The notes beneath the pieces are model-generated. The model searched no databases. It saw nothing but the letters and a program-made list of their open reading frames with translations, and was not told the DNA's origin. A stretch of 64,000 nt of DNA from Eledone cirrhosa (taxonomy: Eukaryota): assembly GCA_964016885.1 (NCBI GenBank), contig OZ024747.1, positions 56,978,001 through 57,042,000 on the forward strand, given 5' to 3'. Made by a program: the position numbers and the translations under genes. Positions 39,085-54,611 of the stretch are shown here, one piece after another. The number at the start of each line of letters is the position of its first letter. Position 1 is the first letter of the stretch.

Positions 39085-39849
39085 CACATACATATATATC
39101 TAAATAATATATATATATATATTATTTAGATATATATGTATGTATGTGTGTATATATATATATAAATAATATATATACATATAATACATATATATATATA
39201 TATATATATATGCAAGTATCTGCTTATACATTAATGTACGCAAGCTTACATATACTTAGACATTTAAGCAAACATACATACACACATTAATACATACATA
39301 CATACATATATACATACATGCATACACAGATGTATACATACATACATACATACATACATACATACATACATACATACATACATACATACATAAATACATA
39401 CCAGTGTTTGTATTCAGTACAATTGACTACAAGACATGACAATGCTATATTCTGTTTGCTTCTGATTAAATTGGCGGAAAAATATAGACGAAAGCAAGGA
39501 CAGAACAAAAGATATAAAAATAACAATAATACATGCACAAACATCATAAACAAATGAATGAATACAACTATAAAAGGAAAAGAAGACTCTTTCAGTGGTG
39601 TTGTGAGAGTTAATGCTGTCCAAGGTGGTCTTTGAGATTACACACCTCTACTCCACCCACACATCTTTTATCAATATAGTAGATTAAACATGCTATGTGG
39701 AGGGGACATCCCTCATCCCTCATAGCTACTCGAGTCTCCTTAGATTTTGTAAATATATTTTTATTTTGGCTTCATTTCTTATATTTAAGGCAGCAAATTG
39801 GGAAAGCTTTTACAGTGTCAGATTAAATTTTAATGTCTTATACCACATG

Positions 39850-40270
39850 AAACAATCGTGAATACAAGTGGCTGAAATGGGATCCCTCTGAAGGGTCTTT
39901 GGAGTAATGTTACTCGATAGAGTACGTAGCTAGAAGATCAGAGGTAGCTAGGAAATCAGAGAGTCACTCCAGGTAGAGCCGCTACTTTTCCAAATTCAGA
40001 TATTACAGCTCTGATACTTTGGCCATGTGGTTAGAATATCTCAGGAAAAAAAATTATTGGACAGATTTTATGGGCAAAACCAATGGGCAGGAGATCCAGG
40101 GGTAGACCCCGAGCAAGATGGCTGGATAACATCCATGAGCTTGGCTGGTCTCACTTGGGGATCCAGCTGGATCAGATGGAGACGGTTGCTTTTGACGGGA
40201 CTCACTGGAGAGAGTGTTTGAGGACTCTGCCCGCAAGACCCTCTCAGGAATAAGAGAGTGTAGAAGAAGG
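39850..40270 (+). mobile_element. Second RTE-clade LINE family, decayed 3' end
   Basis: Remnants IQVAEMG, FGHVVR and GRRSRGRPRARWLD, with an (AAG)-like tail. Confidence 0.75.
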
Positions 40271-40654
40271 GTGAGGAGGGGGAGGATGAGGAGGAGGGGT
40301 GATAGAGGAGGAGGGGGGGAGGAGGATGAGGGGGAGGAGGAGAAGAAGAAGGAGGGGGAGGAGAAGAGGAAGGAGGAGGAGGAGGAGGAGGAGGAGGAGG
40401 AGAAGATACCACATGAAACCACATTAGCAAGAGATTCTTGTAAATTAGAAAAAATGCACTCATTAAAAATGGAAGTTTAATGTATGTAAACTTTTACAAT
40501 GGTCTGTCTACCAGTAAAGATATTACAAAAATTTGTAATGTTTCCTTAGTTTCTTCACTTGTGGCAAATAAAGGGACTTCTCATTATTAATGTTATAATT
40601 ATTTTTATCTCCATAATCTACATCATATACAGCTACTATGTATGTGTGTATTTG

Positions 40655-40690
<36 letters not shown>

Positions 40691-40919
40691 AATATATATA
40701 TACACATGTATATATATATACACATGTATATATATATATATATATATATATAGTTATACACACACACAGAAAGAGACTATTTAATAGACATAGATATATA
40801 CATTATATAGATACATGATAGATTGATAGACACAAACATACAAAAATGAACAATTTAAATGATTTACTTCTTTCTAATCTTCACAAATAAATGTCTCCCC
40901 CTTCTCTTTCTCTCTCTGT

Positions 40920-40953
<34 letters not shown>

Positions 40954-41227
40954 TTATATATACATATATATACATATATATACACATATACACACATGTA
41001 CATATACATTCATATATAAAGACACAGAATGAGAGAGAGAGAGAGAAATATATCCATATTTTGATACATACACACAGACACACACATACACACACACATT
41101 GACACACATACACACACTCCCAAAAATGAAAATAATGAACATTGTCTTTTGTAGCCTCTTCAGAATTCTACACAGGTTTTCCTACGTAAATTATCTTTAC
41201 ATATAATCCCTCCACCACACCTCTCTG

Positions 41228-41285
<58 letters not shown>

Positions 41286-41907
41286 GTATGTGTGTGTGTG
41301 TTGTGTCTTCCTTCACTATAATACCTGTTGTCTGAAACTAATATTAAAAAAAGAAAACTAGCAACCCACCTCCCTTCCCTGTCACAGCCAGAGCCACCTA
41401 AAACCACCTAAAACCACCTAAAACCAATTTCTCCATCAGCTAATCATAATGCCTCAGCTCTCCAAACTCATCACTCATCTGTATTATTATCTCAACTAAC
41501 AATGTTTCTTTTTCATTTCTTCCTCTCCAGGCCCTCCTCATCTGTCTCCTCCAACTCTTCACTGCATATAAAAAGCTGCATTATTGATCATCTCCATTAT
41601 AAATATCCTATAACTCTTGCCACTGTTTTACTAATTATTCTTCATTCCTAATGTCCATTCTTTCTTTCTCTTGACCTAACCTTGCTGCTTGCTTGTCTTT
41701 TTTAACTCTTCTTCCAAAATATTTGTCCTCTCAATAATTAAAGATTCTCCAACTTATTATTTATCTTCTGGGTTTCTTTATAGACAGACAACATTGCAAT
41801 GAGTTTGATCTTCCATAGTCATCATATGTGTTATTCCTGAAAATATGTGTGTGTAATCAGGGTTCCAGATGTTCAAACAAACAAACAGCCAGTTCATGAA
41901 ATGAACA

Positions 41908-42425
41908 TTCTTCTTCTTCGCCCACTCATTCCTGAGAGGGCCGTGGAGGCAGAGTCCTCAAGCACTCCTTCCTGCAGCTCCTGTCAGAAGCAACCATCTC
42001 CAACTGATCCAGCTGGATCCCCAAGTGAGACCAGCCAAGCTCTTGGATGTTATCCATAAATCTTGCTCAGGGTCTACCCCTGGTTCTCCTGCCAACTGGT
42101 TTTGCCTGTAAAATCTGTGTACCAATTCTTTCCCGAGGCATTCTAATCACACGCCCATAATATCAGAGCTGTGATCCTTCAATTTGGAAAAGTAGCAGCT
42201 CTACATGGAGTGACTCCCTGATCTCCAAGCTACAAATCTGTCCGGCAATTCATTCCTGAGACATTCTAACCACATGCCCATAGTATCAAAGCTATGATCG
42301 CTCAATTCACAGAAGTAGCTGCTCTACCTGGAGTGACTCCCTTATCTCCAAGCTACACACTATCACCTTATGTTACTCCAAAGACCCTTCGGAGGAACCC
42401 CATTTTGGCCACTAGCATTCGTGAT
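41908..42425 (-). mobile_element. Second RTE-clade LINE family, decayed 3' end (inverted relative to the 39.9-40.3 kb copy)
   Basis: Reverse-complement homology, e.g. GATCCAGCTGGATCCCCAAGTGAGACCAGCCAAGCTC. It carries an internal ~120-bp duplication. Confidence 0.75.
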
Positions 42426-43884
42426 CATATTCATTCCTAGTGAGATGCAGTGTGACATAATGTGTGTCACATCTGAAGGTTTTTTTAATACTACAGGTAC
42501 AGCAAACTTTTGCCATCTAAGTTGACTGGAGCAACATAAAATAAATTAAGAGGGTGTTAAAGTTTGCTTGAAGCATTGTGAAATATGTAAAATATGTAGT
42601 TTAGAAAGCCACAACAATGCAGATGGGAAATCTCGAGGTAGGAAGTGAGTGAGAAATAGGAGAAAAGTGAAAATTGAGAGAAACGAAAAAACGAAAACAA
42701 AACAAAGGTAGAAGGGTTACCGTAGTGGAGATTTAATAAAATAAATTGTTTTGCTCAAAGACACATGCTATCAGGAATTGAACTCACAAACTTAGGATAA
42801 CGATCCTGAAGACCGTAACCACTAAGCTACATTCAATTCTGAAGTAGTTTGGAATAACCTCAGTAAATTATTGCTACTTATTTTATCAAAAGTGATGGAA
42901 ACCAAATGGAAATTTGAAGTTGAAACTTTGGACAAAATTTATCCAATCATTTACAGTGGTTGGATAAATATGATTGAGTGAACCCTAGTATGTTACTGGT
43001 ACTTACTATGGTGTTCAGCAATCATTGCAAGAAACCTTTATCTATGTATCTCTTGGTGTTTTAAAAATAACTGGCAAATCTGCCTCAAAAGTATCCCATC
43101 TTTTTGTAAATAAAGAGACATTCATTTCAGATGTTATAATCTGCAGTACACTATTGCTGCACAGAAAGATGGCATGGTCAAAGTTGGAATGTCTATGATC
43201 ATAGATATGCTATATCTTTGTTAACCTGGGGTTAAACAACAACATCTGATATATTATCATATAAACCAACCTGAATGAGGAAAAAAAATTAGGGTGATGT
43301 ATTTATCTTGCAAGGTTTTTGATATGAAATCGTGTGTTGAAACTGATATTGTTATATTTGGGGAGGGTCATGTTTTCCTAATATTGCCAAAAAATAATAA
43401 AATACACTCTCTGTTTGGTTTGGTTTTCGCTTCAGTATATCTTTATATTTCTATAAATAATTTAGCTGGCAATCATAAAAATTACCTTAGTAACAACTGA
43501 ACTCAGGACATAAAGATACATGTCAAAATAGAGCAGAACTCTTCCATCTTCACCCTATTCTATAAGCCACAAATAATGATGGAGACTCTATGTGATCACT
43601 CAAAATGCTAAGAATAACAGTTAGATTTCTCTCAAATCACACCTACTATATTAGAAGAAAACGACCAGCTAGATAATGTGGACATGAGTGGTTTGAATAA
43701 ATGGGAGAGATGAGATGGCCACATATCTACTCAATAGGGGCTAACATAGAGCTAAACAATAACGGGTTCTGATTTAGGCTCAAGGCCAACATTTTGTGGG
43801 GAGAGGGGGAATTTATTAAATCAACCCCAGTGAATTACAGGTACTTTATTTTATTGACTCGGTAAGGATGAAAGGCAAAGCTAG

Positions 43885-44170
43885 CATCTGGATCTAAGAA
43901 TCAGGTAGATTGCTGGAACATCTGATCTCCAGAGCCCTTTGGTATCAGGGATTTCATCATGTCCTCAAATGTTGAGGATTTTCCTCCATCAGTACATTTA
44001 AAAGCTGTTCAGTCTTCTTTCTGGACCTGAATATTTTGTCCAAGTTTCACTCCCATGAAGAAGAGTTGAAAGGACACTCATCAGGCAGCTCAACGTTTTA
44101 GTCTTTGATTCGAGCATGGGCACAGCGCTTTAAAAAAAATCAGCTTGATGCCTCATGCTGCAAAAGTTTT
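43885..44170 (-). mobile_element. RTE (BovB-like) LINE fragment
   Basis: Manual minus-strand translation gives VLSTLLHGSETWT...RRLNSF...RKILNI, with stops. Confidence 0.6.
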
Positions 44171-44469
44171 ATTGTGTAACTGGAAGGACCAAGGATAATT
44201 AGAGGATTAACCCAGGTTGAATTATCAAAAGAAATCGTTCTTCAAAAGTTGCCATCCTTCCCCCTACAACAGTCATGCTTGAGTGAACTCCCTTTCCACA
44301 ATCAAGTACTGACATCTGCACAGAATACAGCCAGCTCATAAATACTTCCATTCTTTCTATAACCATACACGAGTTGAAGAATCCTTTGGGTGAAACACTT
44401 GTTCTCAAGTATGGTTTGTTAATTTCTTGTGGAACTGATTCTCTCTTTCTCTCGCTCCGTATGTATATG

Positions 44470-44505
<36 letters not shown>

Positions 44506-44576
44506 TATATATATATATAGTCTTTTATTCCATAACATGTTCCAGCCAACAGACTGAGGCCATGCTGGAGCACTGG

Positions 44577-44611
<35 letters not shown>

Positions 44612-44627
44612 ATATATATATATATGT

Positions 44628-44835
44628 GGAGGCACATGGCTTAGTGGTTAGAGCATTGGCCTTGCAATTGAAAGGTTGTGAGTTCAATTCTCAGACCGGG
44701 TGATGTGTTGTTTCCTTGAGCAAGACACTTTATTTCACATTGCTCCAGTTTACTCAGCTGTAGAAATGAGATGAGAGGGACTGGGGTCCATATCATTCCA
44801 CTGCAAAGTGGTCGTGTAGGTGCCACGGCAAAAAA
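44628..44835 (+). mobile_element. SINE family B 5' half, truncated at the RTE junction
   Basis: The head and core are intact; the tail is missing. Confidence 0.85.
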
Positions 44836-46718
44836 CCCTTAGTTCGTTTATGCTTTGCCGTTCACGTATATTACTATTACACATCCAGCAGAGCATGCAA
44901 GCTTCGTTTCTCTCCAGTCTGCGTATATCCTCTGCACACAATGCCCAGGTCTCACTGCCATGTAACATTGATGTTCGTATGCAGGCATCATACAGCCTGC
45001 CTTTCATTTTTAGAGAGAACCCTTTAGTGGCCAATAGTGGTATAAGCTCTCTGAACTTTTTCCATCCCGTTCTGACTCTAGCTACTGTACTTTCAGATAA
45101 CCCTCCCCCACTGCTGATTTTGTCACCCAGGTAACGGAAGCTGTCCACTATTTCTATAGAACCATCTATGCAATGGAATGAGCTAGTATTTTGTGGGCAC
45201 TTGCTGCTACTTATTGCACCAGAGCACCGGCCACATATAAAATCTATATTCTTAGTTAGCTTACCTGTGATCCCACTACATCTTTTATGCACCCATACTT
45301 TGCATTTGGGACATAAAATGGAGTTTCTGCCTACTCCTTTCCTACGCACTGAGCATGGCCATTTCCCAGATGGGACCGGTACCCTATTTTCCTTCCTACA
45401 AACTAGAACTTTAGTCTTAGACAAGTTAACTTTTTTAAGGCCTTTTGATTCTAGGCCATGCTTCCATGTTTGGAATTTCTTCTCTAATTCCGCCATTGAT
45501 TCAGCTATGAGCGTTAGATCATCTGCATATAGGAGTTCCCATGGGCAGTTGGTCTTGAACTCCTCTGTTATAGTCTGAAGGGCAATAATAAATAGTAGGA
45601 GGCTAAGGACGGAGCCCTGATGAACACCAACTTTTATGTTAAACTCTTCACTATATCCGTTGTTAATTCTAACCTTGGTGACTGTTTCTTTATACATGGC
45701 TTGTATAGCTCTCACAAGCCATTCATCAACACCTAGTTTTCTAAGGGCCCACCAGATAATCGAGCGGGGTACTCTGTCAAAGGCTTTCTCCAAGTCATCA
45801 AAGGCTAAGTATAGGCGTTTACTTTTAGCTAGGTACTTCTCCAGTAGTTGTCGTACAATGAAGAGAGCGTCTGTTGTACTTTTAGCTGACACAAACCCGA
45901 ACTGCATTTCGTCTAGATCAATTTGCTCTCTGATTAGTTGCGCTATTACTTTTTCTGTAACCTTCATGACCTGGTCAATTAATTTAATGCCTCTATAGTT
46001 TCTCCTATCTAGGGCATCACCTTTACCCTTGTAGCAGTTAATGATGATGCTGCTGCGCCAGTCCTTCGGAATGACCCCATTCTGTATGACTTGGTTTACT
46101 ATCCGAGTGACCATAGTGTGTCCCACCGTTCCAGATGCTTTCAGCATTTCAGCAAGTATTTCTGAATGCCCGGCCGCCTTGCCCGTCTTCATGTCTTTGA
46201 TCGCCTTACTTATTATACTACCTTCAACTTGCACTGCTGGTCCCTCTATTGGGTCGATGTGGGCGAGACTGTCTTTCTCCCAATTATTCTCCTCATTTAG
46301 TAGCCTTTCGTAGTGACACTTCCAAGCTACCTTCTTATCAGCATCAGTGATGGCAAGTACACCATCATCATTAAGGACACACTTCTCCCCGACAATATCA
46401 CTGTTTTCCTTGGCACATTGCCTAGCAATCCTGAACACCTCACGTTTTTGGTCCTCGCGTTGTAGAACATGCTTGAACTTTCTTTCCTCTGCTTCCCTTC
46501 TTCCGAAGTACACTCGTCTCCTAGCTTCCCTTCTGGCCACTTGATAGTCTTCTCTACTTCCCCCATCCCGCCATGCTTTCCAAGCCTGCTTTTTGGCCTT
46601 GATTGACCCCTCCACCTTACTGTTCCACCACCTAGTTACTCTCCTCCTGCCTATAGGTCTGCTCCAGCCACAGGTTTCATCTGTCACCTTCAGCAGGTTA
46701 GCTTTCAGGAATTCCCAC
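44836..46718 (-). mobile_element. RTE-clade LINE: reverse transcriptase region (open frame, 5'- and 3'-truncated)
   Basis: ORF 44750..46687 contains YKGKGD, NYRGIKL, QFGF, DLEKAFD, GVHQGSVLS, LLYADD, YLG and GSETW. A Cys/His finger lies between YADD and YLG. The last ~28 aa are read from the antisense SINE. Confidence 0.95.
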
Positions 46719-47481
46719 TATATATATATATATATATATATATAAGTACAGATATATGTATACATGCATGTATATATGTGAGTGTGTGTGGGGGAGGGGA
46801 GGTCTTGCAATGATGAGTGTTCCATTTTTTTAACAACTGTATAGCCAGCTCAAAATATTAACATGCAAACGGGTGATCATTCCACTGACAGGTACAACAT
46901 TAAATCATTAGCATAGTTCTCAGGGAGATTTAACATGACACTGTGTGTGTGATAAGGTTACCTGTTTGAATTATAGGCAGAAATCATTTTTGCCAACTAA
47001 ATGAAATAAAGTATCTTGCTCAAGAATACAACATATCACTAGGAATCAAACTCACAACCTTATGATTGACAGCCAAACACCTTTACCATAAACATATACA
47101 TCTATAGGATACTGAAATATACTGACCAATACACAAATATCTAAGAAAAATATATAGAGTGAACTAAAACGAAATGACAAATCTACAACTACAACTACTA
47201 CTGCTGCTACTACTACTACTACTACTACTATTGCTACGGTTGCTGCTGCTGCTACTACTACTACTGCTGCTGTTGTTTCAGCTGCTACTACTACTACTAC
47301 TACCACTACTACTACTATCACTACTACTACTACTAATACTACTACTACTACTACTAGATGATGAAGAACAGCAGTAACAGACATACTGACATGCTGCAAA
47401 AGAAGGAAAGTGCAGAGTTATCCAAAATATAGCATTATGTGTGTGTATGAGTGCGTATGTGTGTGTATGAGTATATATGTG

Positions 47482-47539
<58 letters not shown>

Positions 47540-47919
47540 TATACACTCACATTTCTCCATACATATATGCTCATACATGCACATATATGCATACACACAT
47601 ACATACACATTTAGAAGCAAAAACGTCAAATCTGCATGAACATAAGCAATAAGAAAATATCTACAACAACAACAACAACAACAGAACTAGAGATTGTAAA
47701 ACTAAAGCAACAATAACAACAACCACAACAATAATGATAACATTAACAATAATAAAAGGCTGGAAACAGTAAAAAGGCAACAACAACAATATGTGAATAT
47801 GAGCATTGCAATATTACAAGAACAAGAACAATAAAATACATTAAACACCACCACCAACAAGAAGAAGAACAACAAAATCGATTACAACAACAACACCAAC
47901 AACAGCAATGTAAATATGA

Positions 47920-48800
47920 CCATTGCAATATTACAACAACACAAACAACATCAATATATATTACACCACCAACAACAACAACAAGAACAACAACAACACC
48001 ACCAACAACAACAACAAGAATTATACCACCAACAAGAATAACATCACCACCAACAATAATAACACCACCACCGACAACAACAACAACAACAACACCAACA
48101 ATAATAACAACAACAAGAATAATAACATCACCACCGACAACAATAACAACAACACTACCAACAACAACAAGAATAACACCACCACCGCCACCAACAATAA
48201 TAACAACACCACCAACAACAAGAATAACACCACCAACAACAACAACAACAATAATAACAACACCAACAACAACAAGAATAACACCACCGACAACAACAAC
48301 AACAACAACAACACCACTAACAATAATAACACCACCACCACCAACAACAACAAGAATAACAACACCACCACCACCAACAACAAGAATAATGACACCACCA
48401 ACAACATCTATTACAACAATAACAGCAACAAGAATAACATCAAATCTATTACAACAACACCAAAAACAAGAAGGTCTTTAACAACAACACCAACAACAAC
48501 AAGACTAACATCAAATCTATTACAACAACAACACCAACAAGACTAACATCAAATCTATTACAACAACAACGCCAAAAACAAGAAGGTCTTTAACAACAAC
48601 AAGACTAACATCAAATCTTATTACAACAACAACACCAAAAACAAGAAGATCTATAACAACAACACCAAAAACAAGAAGATCTATAACAACAACAACACCA
48701 ACAAGAAAATCTATTACAACAACAGCAAGAACAACAACAAAAATCTATTCTATTACAACAACAGCAACAACAAAACTATCTGTAAAAACTAAAACAACAA
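47920..48800. repeat. (AAC/ACC)n-rich low-complexity repeat
   Basis: Directly visible. Confidence 0.9.
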
Positions 48801-49247
48801 AACTATAGGAATAAACCAAATCCTGAAAAAGAAAAAAAAAGAAATACAGAAAAAATTGAAATGAGGAAAAGCTGAATGAGTGATATGTAAATTGTGGCTA
48901 GTCGTGACTCAGTCGCTAAGCAAGGGAAGACAAGACATTTCAATAGAACCAACACTTGAGAAAACCCTCCCCTTATCCCTCTCCATCCACCCATACTTTC
49001 TACACATTCTTCTTTGGCCATACTGACCTGTGTGACCCTAATTTTATCCTGAAATCTAAACAAAATATGAGAAGGCATTAATTTTCATCTTTCTTTGATT
49101 TCTTTGTTTACTTTCTTTGCAGACCCCTAAATTTATACTCCACTAGAGCCACTAACCTACCAAACCCTCCTTGTACCCACCCTCTTTTACTTGTTCTTTC
49201 TCCATCTCTCTTCTCTCTCTCTCTCTCTCTCTGTATATATATTATAT

Positions 49248-49319
<72 letters not shown>

Positions 49320-49561
49320 TATATGCATATATAAATATATGTTAAGGCACTAAATATATATGAATATATATATATATATATATACATATATATATAAATA
49401 TACATACAAATATATATATACAAATATATATATATATAAATATATATACAAATATACATACAAATATATATATACAAATATATATATATATATAAATATA
49501 TATACAAATATATATATATAAATATATATATACGAATATATATATATAAATATATATATGA

Positions 49562-49630
<69 letters not shown>

Positions 49631-50336
49631 GAGTGAATTTATAAAGAGGGAGAGAGAGGTAGATAGATAGGTAGATGCCTTATATATACAGACACATACA
49701 TTCATACACACATATATATATATATATATATGTCACTCCCCTTTTCCCTTTCTACCTATCTTTCATTCTTTTCCATATTATTTCACTCTATCCATCTCTC
49801 TTTCACCCACCCCGTCTCTCTCTATTTCTCTCTCACTCATTATCTTTCTCCCACTATATATATATCTCTCAATTTCTCTCCACCTTTACCTCAGCATAGG
49901 GTGGTGTCATATTTTTTTTTAATACTTCCCTCCATTTTTCTTTTTTTCCGTTTTCTTTTTCTCTTTTATGGCCTTATATTATTTCTTTTTTTTTTTGTTT
50001 ATTTTTCTCTGTTTATCTTTATTCCTATTTATATGTTATTTTAGATTTTGTTGTTGTTTTTCTTGCATTCTCTTCATCTTCGCATTCATCTTTACATTTC
50101 TTTCCATTTTCTGAGAAAATTCCATCCAATGGCCAGCTGCAATGGCTTTTAAATAATGGCCCTCTATCTATACATACACATGAATTTCTGGACAAAAATG
50201 CATATGTAAACTTACGCATTCACAAACACATACTCCTATACTCATCTACATATGTGCACAAGTACACAACTACGTATTTATGTGTATATTTGTATATATA
50301 TATATATATTCTTTTAACTATATATTTATATATATT

Positions 50337-50372
<36 letters not shown>

Positions 50373-50384
50373 TACTGTGTGTGT

Positions 50385-50419
<35 letters not shown>

Positions 50420-50601
50420 TACAGGCATGCATACATATACATTCAAAAGACACAACATAACAGTTTGCATGCCAATACATTCATATTAACAGATGAATAT
50501 ACATGCATACACATACAGTCACTTTTTCATAATACACATATGGACTATTACATAAGTACACAGGAAAACATTCAGACAAGCATAACAACAGTATACTGTG
50601 C

Positions 50602-50661
<60 letters not shown>

Positions 50662-50663
<2 letters not shown>

Positions 50664-51592
50664 CATCATCATCACTGTTTAATGTCCATTTTTGCATGCT
50701 AGCATAGGTTAGATGAGTTGTTGTGTTGTGAAAAATGCCAGATCAGGTGACCATGTCTTGCTCATACAGAACTGATGTGAGCTTGGTTTCTACAGCTGGA
50801 TGCCCTTCCTAACATCAACCTCATTTACAGTGAGAAATGGGTGCTTTTTTTTCATGACACATCACGACCACTTTACAGTGTGTGTATGGGGGGTTGGGGG
50901 TTGCTTCACTAGATGTATGCTTCAGCCTGTCCTCATATGAGGTGTATGCTAGAATGAAGTGGGGTGGATAGTGAGGGTGGTGCATTGTATATGTATGCTT
51001 CAGCTTCTGCCTGTGCCCGTGGGAAGTCTGGTCTTCTGTATTACTGCATAACGCCAGAGATCTCAGTTCCATGTCATCATTTTTGAGAGGTGCAATTGAG
51101 CAAGTTCAGCTTTTATCACCTCATTCCAAGTCTTCTTGGGTCTCCCCATTCCACAGCTTCCATCGACTTTGAGTGTTGTGCACCTTTTTATATAGCTGTC
51201 ATCCTTCATATGAATCACATGTCCATAGCAATGCTTTCCCCAATCCTGCATACTGCATCTGATTTCTCTTATGCCTATTTTCTCTCTCAGTTCATTTATG
51301 CTTTGCCATTCACATATATCACTATTGCACATCCATCAGAGCATGCAAACTTCATTTCTTTCCAATCTTTGCAAATCTTCTGAACACAGCGCCCAGGTTT
51401 CACTACCATGCAACATAGCTGTTTGTATGCATGCATCATACAGTCTGCCTTTCATTCTTAAGGAAAATCCTTTTGTAGTTAGCAGTGGTAGTAGCTCCAT
51501 GAACTTCTTCCATCCCGTTCTTACTCTGGCTACTGTACTTTCGGAACACAATGGAATTTTTACCTACACATTTGCTACACACTGAGCAAGGC
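50662..51592 (-). mobile_element. Decayed RTE LINE 3' portion with family-C-type 3' UTR
   Basis: CSESTVARVRTGWKKF, MLHGSETW and GRPKKTW, with an internal deletion and a (GAT)n tail. Confidence 0.85.
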
Positions 51593-52512
51593 TCATCTCC
51601 TTCATCATGGCAATCTTCTTGGTGTAGCTTCATTGGATTGCCTCAAGGTCCATGATTAGTTTGATACTATGGGGTAACCACAATTGGGAGCAGTAGTCCA
51701 GTTGGCTTAGGACAAATGTCCTCCATAGTATCAACATGGTCTCTCAGTCTCTTGTCCAGAAAGTCATCAAGATCCAGCCAGCGAGTCGTCTGCATTGTCT
51801 CCACCCTCATAATGTGTGAAGAAAAAGATGCATCGTCACTCATGTCTATCCCCAGGTCTTGTATCGATTTCGACACAGGGATTTCGATCTCTCCTGGTCC
51901 AGTGGAGCTGTGTTTTACTGTCTTTGTGTTAGCAGGTTGGTATTATAGAGCTTGAAAATTTCCAGCATTAAACAGCATGTTGTTGTCCCCAGCCCATTTG
52001 TATATGGCATCCAGCTCTTGTTGTAAAAGGGCAGCATCAGCCGGGTTTTTGATTGCCTGTGCTATCTTTGTGTCATCAACATAGCTAGTGAAAGATGTTC
52101 TATGTACTGCAGAGGGCATGTCTGAGAGAGCTACCAAAATAAGTAGTAGTCCCAAAACTGTGCCCTGGGGCATCGTTGTTTCAGTACCCAGTCATAGAGT
52201 TGTAAAAGCTGTGTAAGTCAGCTTCTTCCTGGGCAAAATCTATGCTGTATGTTAGTTAGGTGGTCATTCTCCTCGAGGAATGTGATCAGTTTCTTTCTGA
52301 TGATTCATTCCCTGACATTACTGATATGTGATGTCAGGGAGACTGGCCTGTACTTTTGGCCTCTGCTTTGCTTCCTCCTTTATGGATAGGCATATTGTGC
52401 CTTCTTTCAGCTCTCTGTGTAGTTTACGACTAGCCAAAGAACTTCTGAAGTGGATCTTCAGTGCTCTTGCTAAGGTACGCTTACATGTTTTTAGGAGCAC
52501 TGCTGGGAATAT
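51593..52512 (-). mobile_element. CR1/L2-group LINE RT fragments
   Basis: PQGTVLG...SYVDDTKI...LQQELDAIYKWA..NNMLFN, DLGI.MSDD.SFSSHI and FPAVLLKTC. Confidence 0.8.
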
Positions 52513-52580
52513 CATATATATATATATGTGTGTGGGTGTGTGTTTATATATATATATGTGTGTGTGTGTGGGTGTGTGTT

Positions 52581-52611
<31 letters not shown>

Positions 52612-53104
52612 ATATATATTTATATATGTATATGTATATATTTATATATATATGTATGTATGTATGTATGGTAGTGACATATAATGATTGATTAGTTCTC
52701 CAAAGTATCCCCTATATACAAAGTCAGCTTTATCCAAAGCAATTCACCAACTTGTGACACCACCAACAACAACAACAAACACAGCCATCACCACCACTAA
52801 CTCTACTACCCCCACAGCCATTACCACCAACAACAACAACCACCGCTACCACCACACCAATCACCAATCACCACCACAGCCATCACTACAACTAACTCCA
52901 CTACCACCACAGCCATTACCACCAACAACAACAACCACCACAACCAATACCAGTAAAAACAACAACACCACCACTAACACCCTAACCCTTTCTACTGCAA
53001 CTGTTATAATGACATTTTTCTGTTTATATATATATAGAGAGAGATAGATAGATATATACACACACACACACATATATATATATATGCATATACAAACACA
53101 GAGG

Positions 53105-53183
<79 letters not shown>

Positions 53184-53383
53184 GTATATATATATATATA
53201 TGCATATGTATATATATATATATATATATCTGTGTGTGTGTGTACGTGTGTATATATGTGTTTGTGTATGTATGTAATAATCATATTTGCATAAACATCA
53301 GTTCAATACATTATATATCATTATAAGCCATGTTTATTATATATATACATTGTGCGTATATATATATATATATATATATACAT

Positions 53384-53415
<32 letters not shown>

Positions 53416-53668
53416 CACCATGTATATATATATATAATACATGAACATACACACGCTCATATATAAACACACACACATATATATATGTATATATATATAT
53501 ACATATACATGCACATATACACACATTTATATATATATATATACATACACATATATATATACAGACACACATTTATATATATATATACATATATATATAT
53601 AAGTGTATTATATATATAAGTATATTGTATTGTTTATTATACATTAAAAAAAAAATATATATATATAT

Positions 53669-53699
<31 letters not shown>

Positions 53700-54205
53700 C
53701 TCATCCACATACATAAAATATATATAAAGAACAATGTTTGAGGGAAAACACAATTTCCCCTGAGAATATCAAAATGTAGAAGCTAATTGTATAACACAGT
53801 ATCACACACACGCACACCCTTACACACATACATACCCTTACACACACACACACACACACCCTTACATATACACACACTGTCCCTACCTGCTAGGATAGGC
53901 AAGGCAAATTCAATCAGCTTATATACAGTCCACATCCACCCTCTTCTCTCAATATACATTACATATACAACACATCATGTACACACATCTCTCAACATAT
54001 ATATATTTATATATATATATACATATATATACATATATATAGTTATATATATATAAATTTATAAATATATATATATATATAGTTATATACATGCATATAT
54101 ATATATGTAAATATATAAATATATATATACATACATCTATACATATATATACACACATATGTATCTATATATGTATGCATGCATACATATATATATATCA
54201 TCATC

Positions 54206-54237
<32 letters not shown>

Positions 54238-54529
54238 TACACACACACACACACATATATATATAAATATATACATATACAGCATAGACACGCCATACCA
54301 CCTACACATTTTTGTCAATGTCCACATGTCATATCACATGTAATGATGGAGACTTTCATATGTTAAGCTCTCACTTACATCATCTTATATCCCCTCTCTC
54401 TCTCTCTCATAAACTCTCCTTCTTTCTCTCTTCTTCCCCACCTCTCTCTCTCTCTCTGTTTGGATACCTATACCTTTTTGTTTTTATATCTTCCTTTCTC
54501 TGATTCCTTTTCCTCCCCCTGTAAATATT

Positions 54530-54530
54530 A

Positions 54531-54576
<46 letters not shown>

Positions 54577-54579
54577 GCT

Positions 54580-54611
<32 letters not shown>

